DNA of 62,527 bases, the filler included, from Basidioascus undulatus (taxonomy: Eukaryota), in the NCBI GenBank assembly GCA_000826855.1. It is 5 parts of 5 records of this genome, joined end to end, with 100 filler letters (N's around TTAATTAATTAA, not from the genome) between each part and the next. Parts side by side here need not be neighbours in the genome. Positions count along the whole stretch, not along the records: positions 25,235 to 54,118 come from JTLS01000141.1; 4 more parts are not named here. One strand, given 5' to 3'. Both the position numbers and the translations under genes were made by a program. Of the stretch, positions 25,920-37,528 are shown piece by piece (positions within the stretch are counted from its first letter, which is position 1; each line of letters opens with the position of its first letter). The notes below the pieces were generated by a model. That model was given only the letters and a program-made list of their open reading frames with translations, was not told the DNA's origin and ran no database searches.

Positions 25920-26862
25920 TCACGCGCCCTCCGTACCCCTCTCCTTTGCCTCCCTCTCCACCCACTCCTCGACGAACTTCCGATGCGCGTCCCACCCGAC
26001 CAGCTGGTCCTTCACGCCGCGCACGACGCCCTTGCGGTCGATGTAGAACGTCTGACGCGCCTTCGGGAAGAGCCCGAACGCCGCGCGGCCGACTTGGAAG
26101 GCTGTGGTGGCGGCGCTGCGGGGTGAAAGGGAAATGTGAGGGATAGCGAGGGGGGCGAGGTTCAATGGGCTGTGTGAGGCGGGAATAAGGAGAGTAGAGG
26201 ACGGACCCGTCTTGATCAGAGAGGACCGTGTAGGGCAGGTTGTGCTTGCTTTTCCATGCCTGAGGAAATGGGTCAGAGAGGACAGGAAGGCTCGGAGGGA
26301 GAGGGCGAGCGGTGTAGACCCACTTTGAGCGTCTCGACGTCGTTATCTGAGATTCCGATCACTTCCAAAGCTGAGGAGGAGAGGGACTGGAGGTTCGGGT
26401 AGGCGTCGCGGAAGGAGCATGCCTCTGCGGGGAGAGGATACGTGAGTCTCATTCGAGGGCTGGGAGGACACAGAGAAAGCACACACCTTTATCGCAGCCC
26501 TTTAAATCGACCACATTCCATAAACAACAACTCCTCAACGAATCAGTTTCTGCCCTCGCGCTTAACCGCTCCAGAATCACAGACCATCGTACTGCTCGTC
26601 TCCACCCCGCTAATCAGTACCCGATTCCCACCCGACCCTCCCCGCCACTACACGCACTTTGCAGCAGGGAAGAAGAACACCGCCAGCGACTTCCCGCCCT
26701 GCCCCGGTGCGAGCGTGTACGGCTCGCCCTCGGACGAGGTGAGCGTCAGGCCGCGCAGGGCGGGCTGGTCTGTGAGCGGGTGGGGCGCCCTGGACGGGAT
26801 TTGTTCATGGGGGTTCAGTTTCATGGGTCATGCGCGAAGGAGAGAGGGGAAGGTGAGTACAT
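25920..26862 (-). CDS. DOT5: Peroxiredoxin, PrxQ/BCP subfamily
   Basis: Spliced LAVFFFPAAN|TM|GCDK|EACSFRDAY...EVIGISDND...WKSKHNLPYTVLSD...RQTFYIDRKGVVR, i.e. PxxxTxxC with a resolving Cys (CxxxxC). Start is either a split AT|G (26862-26861 plus 26789) or an in-frame ATG at 26824. Confidence 0.88.
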
Positions 26863-27319
26863 TGAGGGGGGTGATGGGAGGAGAAGGTCGGGGGTCGGTT
26901 GGAGAAGACAGGAAGGTAAAGGATGTTGAGCCTTGTGAGCGGGCGTCGGACGGGCCCGACATTCCGGCGGGTGTGCCGGTTGCAGGCGCGATTTAAGTCT
27001 GCTACGGCTTTCAACAACGTAAACGGAAATGCACTCGATACGGTGAATTGTAAGCAAGACTGATTCTCATTCCCCCTATCTCGGTCAAATAAGCGACATG
27101 GAGGCTTATCGTCAACCGCTGGTCTGGAGTCTGGGTAGACAGAGTGCACAATAACGAGCCTCCAGTCTGAATTCCTACTATTCACGTAAATCATTTGGTC
27201 CCGTTTCTTACTGTTAGGAATTTAGAATATGTTATTTGGAGTCCGCGAGCCTTGGCGAGCCGCATCGCTGAGACGCAGCGCGCGGTCAGCTTGCCAATTG
27301 CCCTTTGTACTTTACCATC

Positions 27320-28560
27320 ATGGCTCGCTATCCCTACATCGCTTCCCAGAGCGCCTCCGCCATTGTCCGCCAACCTCCCGCAATGGTCGCAATACCTGAC
27401 CTACCGCCCATCCTCGTCGCCGACTGTGCGCGCCTCGGTCTATGCCCGTGTCCTGATTCCCGCTGGCGCAGTTATTCTTTCCGAGAAGCCGTTCGTTACG
27501 GCGCTGTTTCTGGAGGAGAGGGGCAAGCGCTGCGACGAGTGCTTGCGCCTTGAGCCGGGCCTCAAGAAGTGCGCAAGGTGCAAGGCGGAGTGGTACTGCG
27601 GATCTGAATGTGAGTCCATCTGCCTCTCGTAGGTTGTCAATCGTCGAAGGCGGATGTTGAGCCATTTGACGGGCAGGTCAACGCTCCGCCTGGCATCGTC
27701 ACCACAAAAGCGCGTGCCCCAGCTACGAGCCCCTCGCGGCGCGCGAGTGGAAATGAAAGGCGGGTGAGAGGCTGGGCAAGATGAGCGTGAGGGTGTTGAG
27801 GGATATCGCGGAGAGCGAGGAGGTGCGTGTTGGACTCTGCCTGTTCTGGACAAGGACTGCGCAGTTATCTTGAGCTCGAGCTCGCGTTTGACCATTCCGA
27901 ACCTGTGTGGATTCATTGCAGGTGACGATATCCTAGTCGACCCGGCCCAAGACAAGCCACCCGTCAGCGCCGCCTTTGCGAAACGTACGAGTTCACCTGC
28001 TCCTATTCGCGCTGCACATCGAGCCCATTGGCGCACCCCCTCCCACGGCCTTCTGGTCCACCCAAATACATTTTCGCCGACCAAGCTGCCCACCTAGCCG
28101 CGCTTGTCCCGCCCACCTACCCACCCCCGCCTGCTCCTGCGCTCTCGTCCCTTCGCTCTCGTCCCTCCGCTCTCGTCCCTCCCCTCGCCTGCTCGAGATC
28201 CTCGTCCCGCCAAAGCTCACAGCCTTCGCCGAGGCATTCTCATTCTTTTCGCACGACAATAGGGACCAAGTGGACTCGAGCGAATTCGCACACATGGGCG
28301 GCGAGGGCCTCCTCGCGGGGTACCGGATGCTGTATTCGCCGCTGCACCCGCTCCTGGCGCTGCACGTTTTGGAGTGCGTCAAAGCCGGGTGGAACGTAGA
28401 CATGTTGGGCGCGACGGGTGTCGAGCTTTGGCGGGCTGCGGGGTTGTTGGCGATGGCGCGAAAGGTGCTGAGGTGGGATGTAGACGAGGAGTTCGAGGAG
28501 GAGGGCGGGCCGGGAGTCGAGGGGAGGAGGATGGAACAGCTGGTCATCAAGGATGCCTAA
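27320..28560 (+). pseudogene. SMYD-like (N-SET + MYND + C-terminal helical domain) gene with in-frame stop
   Basis: IPAGAVILSEKPF (N-SET), MYND CDEC...CARCKAEWYCGSE|CQRSAWHRHHKSAC, in-frame TGA at 27754-27756, and C-terminal YRMLYSPLHPLLALHVLECVKAGWN. No NHSC motif seen; start not resolved. Confidence 0.7.
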
Positions 28561-29616
28561 ATGAGATTGTTCTTTGACGATGTTACCATGTTATCACTCT
28601 TCACAGTCCTTTCGTTCACCATGCTTGTCCGAGCGTGCCGAAAGGGAATGCTGCTCCGGGCGGCACATCATGAGGAAGACCTCGACAATGTACATCCTGC
28701 AGAGCCCTCCCCGTCCCCCGTCGGTAGAGTCGAAATTCTATCAGCACACAATCCAGGAAACATGGGCATTTTGAATCAATGGACAAATAGTGTTCTCTCA
28801 AGAAAAAGGCCTCAAACTGAATCGAACGGGGGGCGGTCGCCGCTCCTGACACTCGCTGCACCGCCGCGAAAAACTTCTTCTCCGGGTGAAGCTCTCTGTA
28901 TTGCTGATGACGAGAATCGTGCAACAGGAAAAAGAAATAAATGACCAGAGGTCGTTGATTCCAGAAAGTGGTAAAGCTGCTACGTAGCTAGCCAACTCGG
29001 ATCCCTCTAGTAAAAGGCGAGGGGGATGTACTGAGTAGGCCACGCTAGCAGGTGAAGGTTTTGGTTAAAATTACAACAAGTACCTATGGCTTGCGGGAGT
29101 TATCTAGTGCTGGGCATTGAAACAAAATCAACATCTCATAGGCAGTGCATGGCAGTGAGGACGCATCCGAGGAGGCGCCGGACGTGAGCGACCAGCCCAG
29201 AGCCGGGGTCGACGACGGAGCAGCATGGTGAGAGTCTCAACGTGGTCAGGGTCGGAGGCCAGCCAGACGCCCGGGTCAAAGGACGTGCGATGCATACGAG
29301 TATATGTGTGAATGTGGGAAAGAGAGGGATAGGAACGAGCGAGCATGCCGGTCAGTCGCCAACGGAGGACACTGCGGCCAGAGGGTGAATTGCGCTGGGT
29401 AAGAGGAGACGCGGTAGAGGAATTGAAGAACGAGTGGTAAGTAATCACTATGAGGTTAGAGGAGTATTAACGGGTGTAACATGCAAGAGACGATTGCGAG
29501 AATAGAGTCCGTATGCGAGAGAGATAGGTATAAGTGAAAGAAGCGAGCGAACGATCAACCCAGCGTCCATGACAGAGTGTTCCTAGGAGAAAACGAAACC
29601 GATACCCGCACGCCGA

Positions 29617-32600
29617 TTACCTCGCCAACCCCGGCGCGACGCTCTTCCTCCAGCGCTCGACGTTGTCCATCTTCTTCCCCTGCGCCTCGAGCGCCACCGC
29701 GGCGGGATGGGGCATCCCGCCCATCGGCATGCCCATCCCCATGCCCATCGGCGGCATGCCCATCCCCATGCCCATGTTCATCCCCATCATCCCGGGCGAG
29801 ACGAGGTTCGGCGCGCTCATGAACGCCGCGGGGCCCATCATGGACTGCGCGAAGAGCGCGCTCTGCCGCGCGGCCTCTGCCTGCTGGTAGAACATCGCCG
29901 CTTGCTGCTGCTGCTGCTGCATGGCAGCGGCGTTCGAGTGGCGCAGCGCGAGGGGCGCGTCGTCGTCGTCGACCACGGCGGTGGGGTGACGGAGACCGAG
30001 CGGGACGTCGTCGTCGTCCTCCCCGTCGGCGGGGATGGCAAAGGTGGGTCTGGCGGGGGAGGAAGGGGATGCGGCGGACTTGTTCGAGTTCGAGACGGGG
30101 GACGGGAGGCCGAGCGACTCTGCGAGGGTCGTGTTGGGCGGGAGGTCGAGCTTGAGTCCTCCGACGTTCGTGGACGCGGACGCGGATGCCGCCGCAGAGC
30201 GCGGCTTGATGAGCTGCACGATAGGCTTTTCGTCCTCCGAGTCGTCGCTCTCCTCGTCCAGGAGCGCTGGGCGCGTGCTGCCCCCTCCCGTCCGGACGAG
30301 GCTCGCGAGGGGCACGTTGTCCTCCTCGTCCGAGCTGTCGTCGTCCTCGAACACGGGCAGCGCAGCCGCGGACGAGAGCTCCGGGAGACGGAACCCGGCT
30401 GCGGGGAGGATGCTCCCGCGCGGCGGGGGGACCTTGGGCTTCGGCGGGCGCGCGAAGGGGTTGCGCTGCTGCGTCGACGCCGGTGCCGATACCGCCGCAC
30501 GGTACGACTGCGAGGACGGCGTGCGCGCCATCGTCTGCGCTGCGAACGCCCCGGACTGCTGGCACCGCGGGCTTGGGCGGCTTGGCGGCGCGCCGCTGGT
30601 GCCTGCCTCGTCATCCGAGTCCGCGTCCGCGAACCACCCGCGCACGCCGAGGGCGGTGCTGGCGCGCTTTGCGGGCATGCTCTTGCGGTCCCAGACGCGC
30701 TGCGCCTCCGCCTCCTCCTCATCTTCCTTCTCATCCTCCTTGTCCTTGTCCGTGTCCTCGTCCTTCGCCTTCTGGGCCACATTCGGACCCAGGTCAAGCT
30801 GCGGCGGGGCGGTCGCGACGCGTGTCGGCGGGCTGGGCGGGGTCGCGGAAGCAATTTGTTCGATCGGGCGGAGGGGGTTGGACACGCCCGATTCCGCGTC
30901 CATGAGGATGGGGATGAGGTTGGGCGGGCAGTGGCTCGGCGTGGGGAGGTACAGCATGCTCGAACGCCTCCGCTGCGGCTTGCCGTCAGGACCAACCGCC
31001 GCAGCGCGGTCTTCGAGCTGGTCGGGTCCGATCGACTTGCGGCGCTCCTTCTTCTTGGTCTTCGTGCCCGCCGCGCTGGACGTCGCGGACGCAGGCATGT
31101 CGTCCGCCACGGCCGCTTCCTTGCGCTCCTTCTCATGCGCGAGCAGCGCGAGGCTCAGCACCGAGCTGCGCTTGCGCGCGGCGGTCCGCTCCGCCTTCTC
31201 CCTCGCAGCCGCCTCGCGCGCCTCGATCTCCTGCGCCGCGATCACGTCCGCGGCCTTCTCCGCTGCCTCGAGTGCGCGAAGCTTCTCCATCTCGCGCTCC
31301 CATAGCGTGTCGACGCCGAAAACGGACGAGCGGCTGATGGGCATGCCGGGTCGAGCGGGAGGACCGGGGTTGAGGAGCGTGCCGGGACGGGCGAGGTTCG
31401 TGTTGGAGTCGAGGCTGATGAGAGTCGAGTTGCGCTTCGTCGGGGAGGTCGCGGTGGTTTCGACGACTGAGGCCGACTGCGTGCGATGTTCCATCATCGT
31501 GGGACGCGAATCGCCGGCGAAGACTCTGGGAAGGCGGGGCTGCGTTTGAGCGGGGGAGATTGTGATCGCAGCACGCACGCAGCAAATGACTCCTCCAAAC
31601 GCACCTCTTCTTTGCCTTCAACTTAGCCTTCCGCTCCTCCAGCTCGTCCATCAAGCTCCTCCCCAACAGCGTGCCCGCCTTCCTCCCCTCCAAGTCCCTC
31701 TCCGCCATCCACTCCTCCGCGTCCATCTCGCTCGGGTCCCAAAGCGCGACCTGCTCGCCCTCCTTCGCCGCGACGGGGATGGCCAGCGCCTCGCCATGGA
31801 TCGGCGCAAACGCCTGCTGGCTCTTGCTCCGTCCGACTTGCGAGAGCGGCATCGGGCGCGCGCCAGTCGTCACGCGGAACCCGTCGCGCACGATCTCCGG
31901 CGCGGGCTGCGCCGCGGCGTCCTCGTCGTGCGGCGACTGCAGAGGCGTAGGCATGATGAGCGTCGGAGGGCGGAGGAGCGAGGCTCGAGAGACGCGGTAG
32001 TTGCTAGGCTTGGTCTCCTTGGGCGGGCGGAGGTGCGCCGGGAACCGCGAGGGCGGCTCGTCGTCGTCTTCCTCCTGCGGCGGTGCGACAGGGGCAGGCG
32101 ACTCGAGCGTCGCGATAGACGCGCGCTTGGGGTCGAACCGGGAGGTCGTCGCAGGCGCGGGGACTTCGAATGGGTTGGGCAGGTCCTCGTGCCCAGGTTC
32201 GGGCAGCAGCGCAGGTCCCAGGGAAGACGGGCTCTTAAGCGCCATGACAGGCGAGTCTGCGAGCGGGCTCGGGGCGCGCTGGAACCCTAGCGAGCTCGAC
32301 GGGCGCTGTGCCGTGTCCGCGGCGAACGTCGGGCGCGGGGAGTCGAGGATCTGCTGCTCGAGGTCCCCGAACGCCGAGGCGGTCTGGTGCGTCTGCACGC
32401 CTGCGCGACAGGGCGTCGGGCGGAGCTGTGGCGCCTGGGGCTTATCGATGAACTTCTCCAGCCCCCAGCTGTTGAGGTCGACATCGCCGACGACGTTCGG
32501 TGCTCCCGGGGCGGCGCTCGGCTGCCGCTCCAACTCGCCCGTGCTCCGCCGGCCGTCGAACTCGAGCTCCGAGGGCGTCTTGACACCGATGAGATTGCGC

Positions 32601-32878
32601 GACGGCGGACGCTCGCGTTCCGAAGGCGCGTCATACGATGAGGAGGGGCGCGCGTAGGGGTTCTGAGCGGCGATGGGAGGAGGCGCGGCGTGTGGCTGGA
32701 AGAGGGCGGACTGCCGCGCAGAGTGGTCGCCGTCGTACTCTGAGGAGCGGATAGATGGAAGTGTCAGTATCCAAACATCCAGCGGCACTTGCTCGGCTTT
32801 GATATCGCCTGGTATGTAAGATCAGGCAGAGAACTCACCCAGAAGAGCAGCGGCGAGAGCGAGACGCGAGAAGGACAT
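29617..32878 (-). CDS. Large low-complexity protein of a basidiomycete-type hypothetical family
   Basis: [18 protein letters not shown]...GRSLMDELEERKAKLKAKKR|VFAGDSRPTMM...SVFGVDTLWEREMEKLR...repeated DDDxPL motifs...VERWRKSV. Long open exons with two GT..AG introns. Confidence 0.85.
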
Positions 32879-34946
32879 GGTGTGCGAGATGATAAGAGGT
32901 CAAGTCGATACTGCTGGGAGATTCTAATGGGGAGATGAATGTAAGCACTAAAGACCTATCAGCAACCCCAGATCGATGAGCGATATGGATGCGGGCGGCC
33001 AAGGAGCGATGGCTGGCAGAGGATCGGCAGGCTCTCGCTCGCTCGCTCGCTCGAAGTGCGCTGCCCTTCCAACACCGGCATTCTTCTCCCCATCAAGCGC
33101 GTCATCCAGCCCAGTACGCAACAGCCAAATCCATTTCCACTATTCATTCAGGCACGAGGCACGCACCTGAATGAAGGGTTCCTGGCTCAGACGCCGGACG
33201 CTCCGGTCACGACGTGTCCCAAGCCGTATGGCAGAGAGCTGCGCTGTTCAGGCAGCGGTAAGTCTCAAGTATATCGATGTAGGGTGAGTAGAGTGCAAGC
33301 AAAGCTGTGAGTAGGAGAAGGAAAGGTGGATCTGAGTGAACGGGGAATGCGAGTCGGGGTGAGGGGGCGAGTGGTCGAGATGCTGGAACTTGGGGGCGGC
33401 ACACGCGGCATGGCGACACGCACCTCCGCGTGACAGCTTTCAGTGTCAATGCCAACTCGAATATTGGGTACCCACCTACAAACAGTAATAATGCAACTGA
33501 AAATATGAAAAGCTCAGAAAATTCACGATACATTTCACCTTTAAGCTCTTCTGGCCACTGAGTCCCCGGCTCTTACCAGCATCGCACGACATCGTCCGTC
33601 AGCTGAGATGTGTTCGTGTCCGGTACCCGCGACCTCATATATTTCAGCAAGAAACGCCTTCTAGCTGAATATGCACCTTCAAAAAATTGACCAGACTTGT
33701 CCTCAACAAGTTGGCCGTAAAAGGGAGGGGGCGGTCCAGATAAAGAGAAGAGGACGGGAACTGGTATCACTCAAGTCAGCAGGTGTGAATGGTGTCTTGA
33801 CAGGTAGAATGAGAGGAACCTGAGACTCACTCCTCTCACTCAGGGAAGTATGGAAGAGTAGGAAAAATGGGGAAGCTTTGCTCAGAAGGACCGTCTATCC
33901 GACAGGCTCCGTAATCAAACAGTTTATGTCATGGTGTGCGGCCCTGCAGTGCCAGACTGCATCTGTCGCCAGACGCCAGACTTGCGACCAGGTGAGAGAT
34001 CATTCGCGCGAGCAGGACCAGCCAATCTGAGCCACAATAAGTGACAATTCCGCATCAAGCGCTCGATAGAAGTACTACAGGGCGGTGCACAGCCGCGGAC
34101 CAATATGGGCTTCGACGGGCGACGGCGCTCCTGTCACAGCCAGTCCAAGGCCTTCGGAAGAAAGAGCATAGCTTACATTACTCCGAGACACTGAAACTTT
34201 ATTGCAAACACCTGTACAGTAAATATGCATTGGAAGAAAGGTAGTTGATGAGCTTTCGGAAAAGGCAGTGGACGAGTGCAAGCAGCGATTTCATGTCTCT
34301 GGAGCCCAGCCTGAATGGCGAGGATGTGTTGAGATTTGAAAGCCTCGGATATTTAAACCAGGGTTGTTTCTTCTCATCAAACCAATAATACTTTCAGGGT
34401 TGAGGTTGACGACAATCAATATGCCAGCACCGTTTGAATGCCGGGCGAGGTGTTGACGACGTCGTCAACAGCTTCCATCAATACAACTTCCCCGCAACTA
34501 GCGAGCCTTTCCTTGAGATTTGGTATAGAGAAATGCCAAAGAAGCTCTATGTAATCTCATCGGGGGAAGGCAATTGAGTGGGATTTGTATGTGATCGCGT
34601 TTGTCTTGTCCCACCAACAGCGGACGATTGCAACGGAGTTAAAAGATAGGAGCAAACTTCCGTGATTTTCTGAAGATACCCGGGGGCCAAGCTGGCAAGT
34701 GATAATAGGTGCTTATCTGCCAAGACCTGTGGAGTTTAACCGCCAAACGGGCACACAACTACACATGAATCGCTATGAGCAAGTTTTATGTCTCCGTGGA
34801 TCCAAGCGCAACCCCGGTCGAGATGCTGTGCAGCCTGCTTGCTGTACTTCTCGCATGCATCTTGTACACGGGGTTCTCATCAACCCTGATCTTTCCTTCT
34901 CAGTTTTCCCTCATCCCCCACTCCTACACGTCGTAGTCAATATCCG

Positions 34947-35641
34947 ATGTCGCTTTCCCAAGGATTTTCTATTCTGACACTGCTTGCATGCAGCGTTGCA
35001 GCTGCGTCAACGGTGCACATACCCAAGGCCGGCGGTCTGGGCGTGCCCAACACGACCGTACCGCTCAGTGAGTCTTCTTTACTAAGCTTCAGGACATTCA
35101 AGTATATCTACGTTGCTGATGCTTCGACAAACTCGCAGACACGAACGTCACCATCGGCATCACACGTCTCTTGACCTAGACGAGCCCCTCATCCTCACGA
35201 GCGGAAACGCCGTTCATCCTCACCTCCCCGTCGCAGCGCCGACTTGCGCTGGCAAGCCTCGGTTTGCGCTTCAACAAAAGCACCGAGTTATTCGACTGGC
35301 CGACGACCCGCTTTTGCACCGGCGCTTTCCCATCCAGTGGCTCGGCGTCGTGGGAACACGCTATGAACGAGAGCGGCACTTGGACGGCCGAGAGTAGGAT
35401 GGAGGACCTTTATGGGGCGAATGGATACGAGAAGGTGGATTGGAAGGAGCAGGAGAACTGCCTTAGTTATCCATTCTAGAGTGCGTGTTTTCACATTGGG
35501 TCGTGCGGGAGGGCTAACCGCGAGTTGATCACAGCTGCAACTTTCGCCATCAATGCGACGTTCGAGGTCGACGGAGCTTCGTCGGATAAAGGGGAGCTCA
35601 TGGAGAACTGGGTCCCTGCGACCACTGGCCTATTATCTTGA
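34947..35641 (+). pseudogene. Secreted-protein gene with two in-frame TAG codons
   Basis: Signal peptide MSLSQGFSILTLLACSVAAAS; canonical introns 35068-35138 and 35481-35534; in-frame TAG at 35177-35179 and 35477-35479 with the frame preserved afterwards; several NxT/S sequons. Confidence 0.6.
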
Positions 35642-36492
35642 GCCTACGGGGGTTGGCATCGAAACGGACTCGGCGGCAGAACAGAAGCCCCCGCGTCTTC
35701 GCACTTTCAAATGTTTCGGCAGGAGGGGTGCTGGCGATTGGCTTGAGTGCATTGTGATGGCTTGGTTTCGGCGCGAAGTAACGAATCGCATAATATTTGT
35801 CTTTCTCAATCTCCACAGACATTGTGAGACAGCCTAAAGGGACCGGACAGCAGTGCCGGCTTGCTTTCACCGCGAGCCGGTTCTTTTGCAGCGCGAATTC
35901 TACATCGCCAACTCCTCAACTTCTTCATCAGATAGAGGAACATGGGTCACAAGAGCGTCAATGTCTGCCGATGTTGCTGGACTGCTCTGCTGTAGGCAAT
36001 GCAAACGTGTAAGTGAGGGTGCTGCAGGACAGCACCCCATGGCTGCTTTGACCCCTCTATATATACAGCCGACTTCACCACAGCGCACTCTTGGTGAGTC
36101 TACAGGTGTACATACGCACGTTCCCACAGTTTTCTCCCCGTTGGCCGACCCACAGTTACACTGCAAAATACGCATCCAGATCAGAGTACGCACATGGTCC
36201 GTCCCTTTAGCGGCAAGAAGCATTTGGTACACACCGACCGACCGCATGTGTTCCCGCCGGCTCCCCAAACACTATGCTTTTTAGGGTCTCCGACAAGAGA
36301 GCGTACAGTACTTCCGGTCTTATCAGATTGGACGTGCATCTTATCGAGCGGGCGAGTTCTTATGAGAAGAGCTTGCACTGACACCCGCAGTAGTGCGGCA
36401 GTCTTCTTTTCTTAGGTCGGGTGCATGTTCCCGTCGGGGCGAAAAAAGGCACGTTCTACTTTATGTCGGACCAGCAGCGGCAGTCGGGAAGG

Positions 36493-36498
36493 TATAAA
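36493..36498 (+). promoter_or_regulatory. TATA box upstream of the Cys-rich peptide gene
   Basis: TATAAA about 80 nt upstream of the coding start, followed by a pyrimidine-rich leader. Confidence 0.55.
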
Positions 36499-36575
36499 GA
36501 CGGGGGTGCGAGCAGCTTCGAAAGCCCACAACCCAACAGCCTTCCCTCTCCCTCCTCGAGCACTCCCAGAACTCA

Positions 36576-36856
36576 CTGCGCTTCGCCATCCTCACCCTGC
36601 TCGCCGCCTTCGTCGGTCTCTCCGCGGCCGTCTGCGACACGACCTGCTGCCAGGGCCGCTGCAGCGGCACGGGTCCCTTCGGTGTCCCCACGGCACCGGA
36701 TGCGAACTGTGCGTCATCTTCCCAACGGGTGTCGCGAGATCTCTCCGCAAGCAGACATTAATCTTCGACCGGAAACCTGCAGGCATGAAGAAGTGCCAGG
36801 AGAGCTGCCAATGCCGAACCAGAAAAGGTCCGGGAAGGTGCCTTTTGCTGACGTGA
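36576..36856 (+). CDS. Small secreted cysteine-rich peptide (CTG start)
   Basis: (CTG)RFAILTLLAAFVGLSAA-VCDTTCCQGRCSGTGPFGVPTAPDAN|CMKKCQESCQCRTRKGPGRCLLLT*; intron 36709-36782 (GTGCGT..CAG). No in-frame ATG after the upstream TAA at 36495. Confidence 0.7.
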
Positions 36857-37528
36857 GTAGTAGGGACGAAGGGATGGGATCGCATTGCTGACCTTACGTC
36901 TGTAGATGGTCTCAGACGGTCGAGCGTTTAGATGACAGCTGAGACTTGGGTTGGGGTAGGAATTGGCGCCGCATAAAACGTGCAAGAAACATGATCTGCT
37001 GTCTCTTCCTGTGTGTCCGCTGTCGGGAGTCGCCTGCGAAAAGCCCGCGAGTCAGTTATCAGATAGACTGCATTCGAATTTCATGGTGATCTTCTCGTCC
37101 CTTCGAGTAGAAAAGACGACACCCGAGAGGTGCAACTGCGTATCTCTACGTTATTTAGTCCTCGGTCGTGCTCCGCCCGCCTGGAACGCCCGCAGGCGAC
37201 CTCTCTCGGGCGTGTGCCGCCTGCACTTGATCACGACGCTGAATCCGAGCTCAGCCAGGTACACGCCTGCGCTTGAAACCGCTGAAGAGACAGCCCCCTC
37301 CCAGCGGACTTTGAACCGTTGCTGCTGTAGTCTGCGTCTTCGTCTCTCTTTTTCCGCAATGCCGACCACAGCCCACACGCCGTCCCAGAACCCTAGAGCC
37401 AAGTAAACAAAAACAGGCAGGGAAGCAACGCCTTGACCCTTTCCTCCCCTCGAATTCGCACACTCACACCCACGCGGCAGCAGCACACCAACTCGCAACT
37501 CGCAGCAATCCATGACCCGCATCCCACC

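Noticed and set aside
27754..27756. Selenocysteine or reassigned stop codon
   Set aside because: Not a redox Cys position, Dikarya lack the Sec machinery, and TGA, TAG and TAA all terminate conserved genes in this window.
29555..32657. Long overlapping and antisense ORFs (for example 29707-31305 + and 30035-31549 +)
   Set aside because: Shadow ORFs expected from high GC3 codon bias opposite a real gene; the same applies to those over ERG5, STR2 and NCR1.
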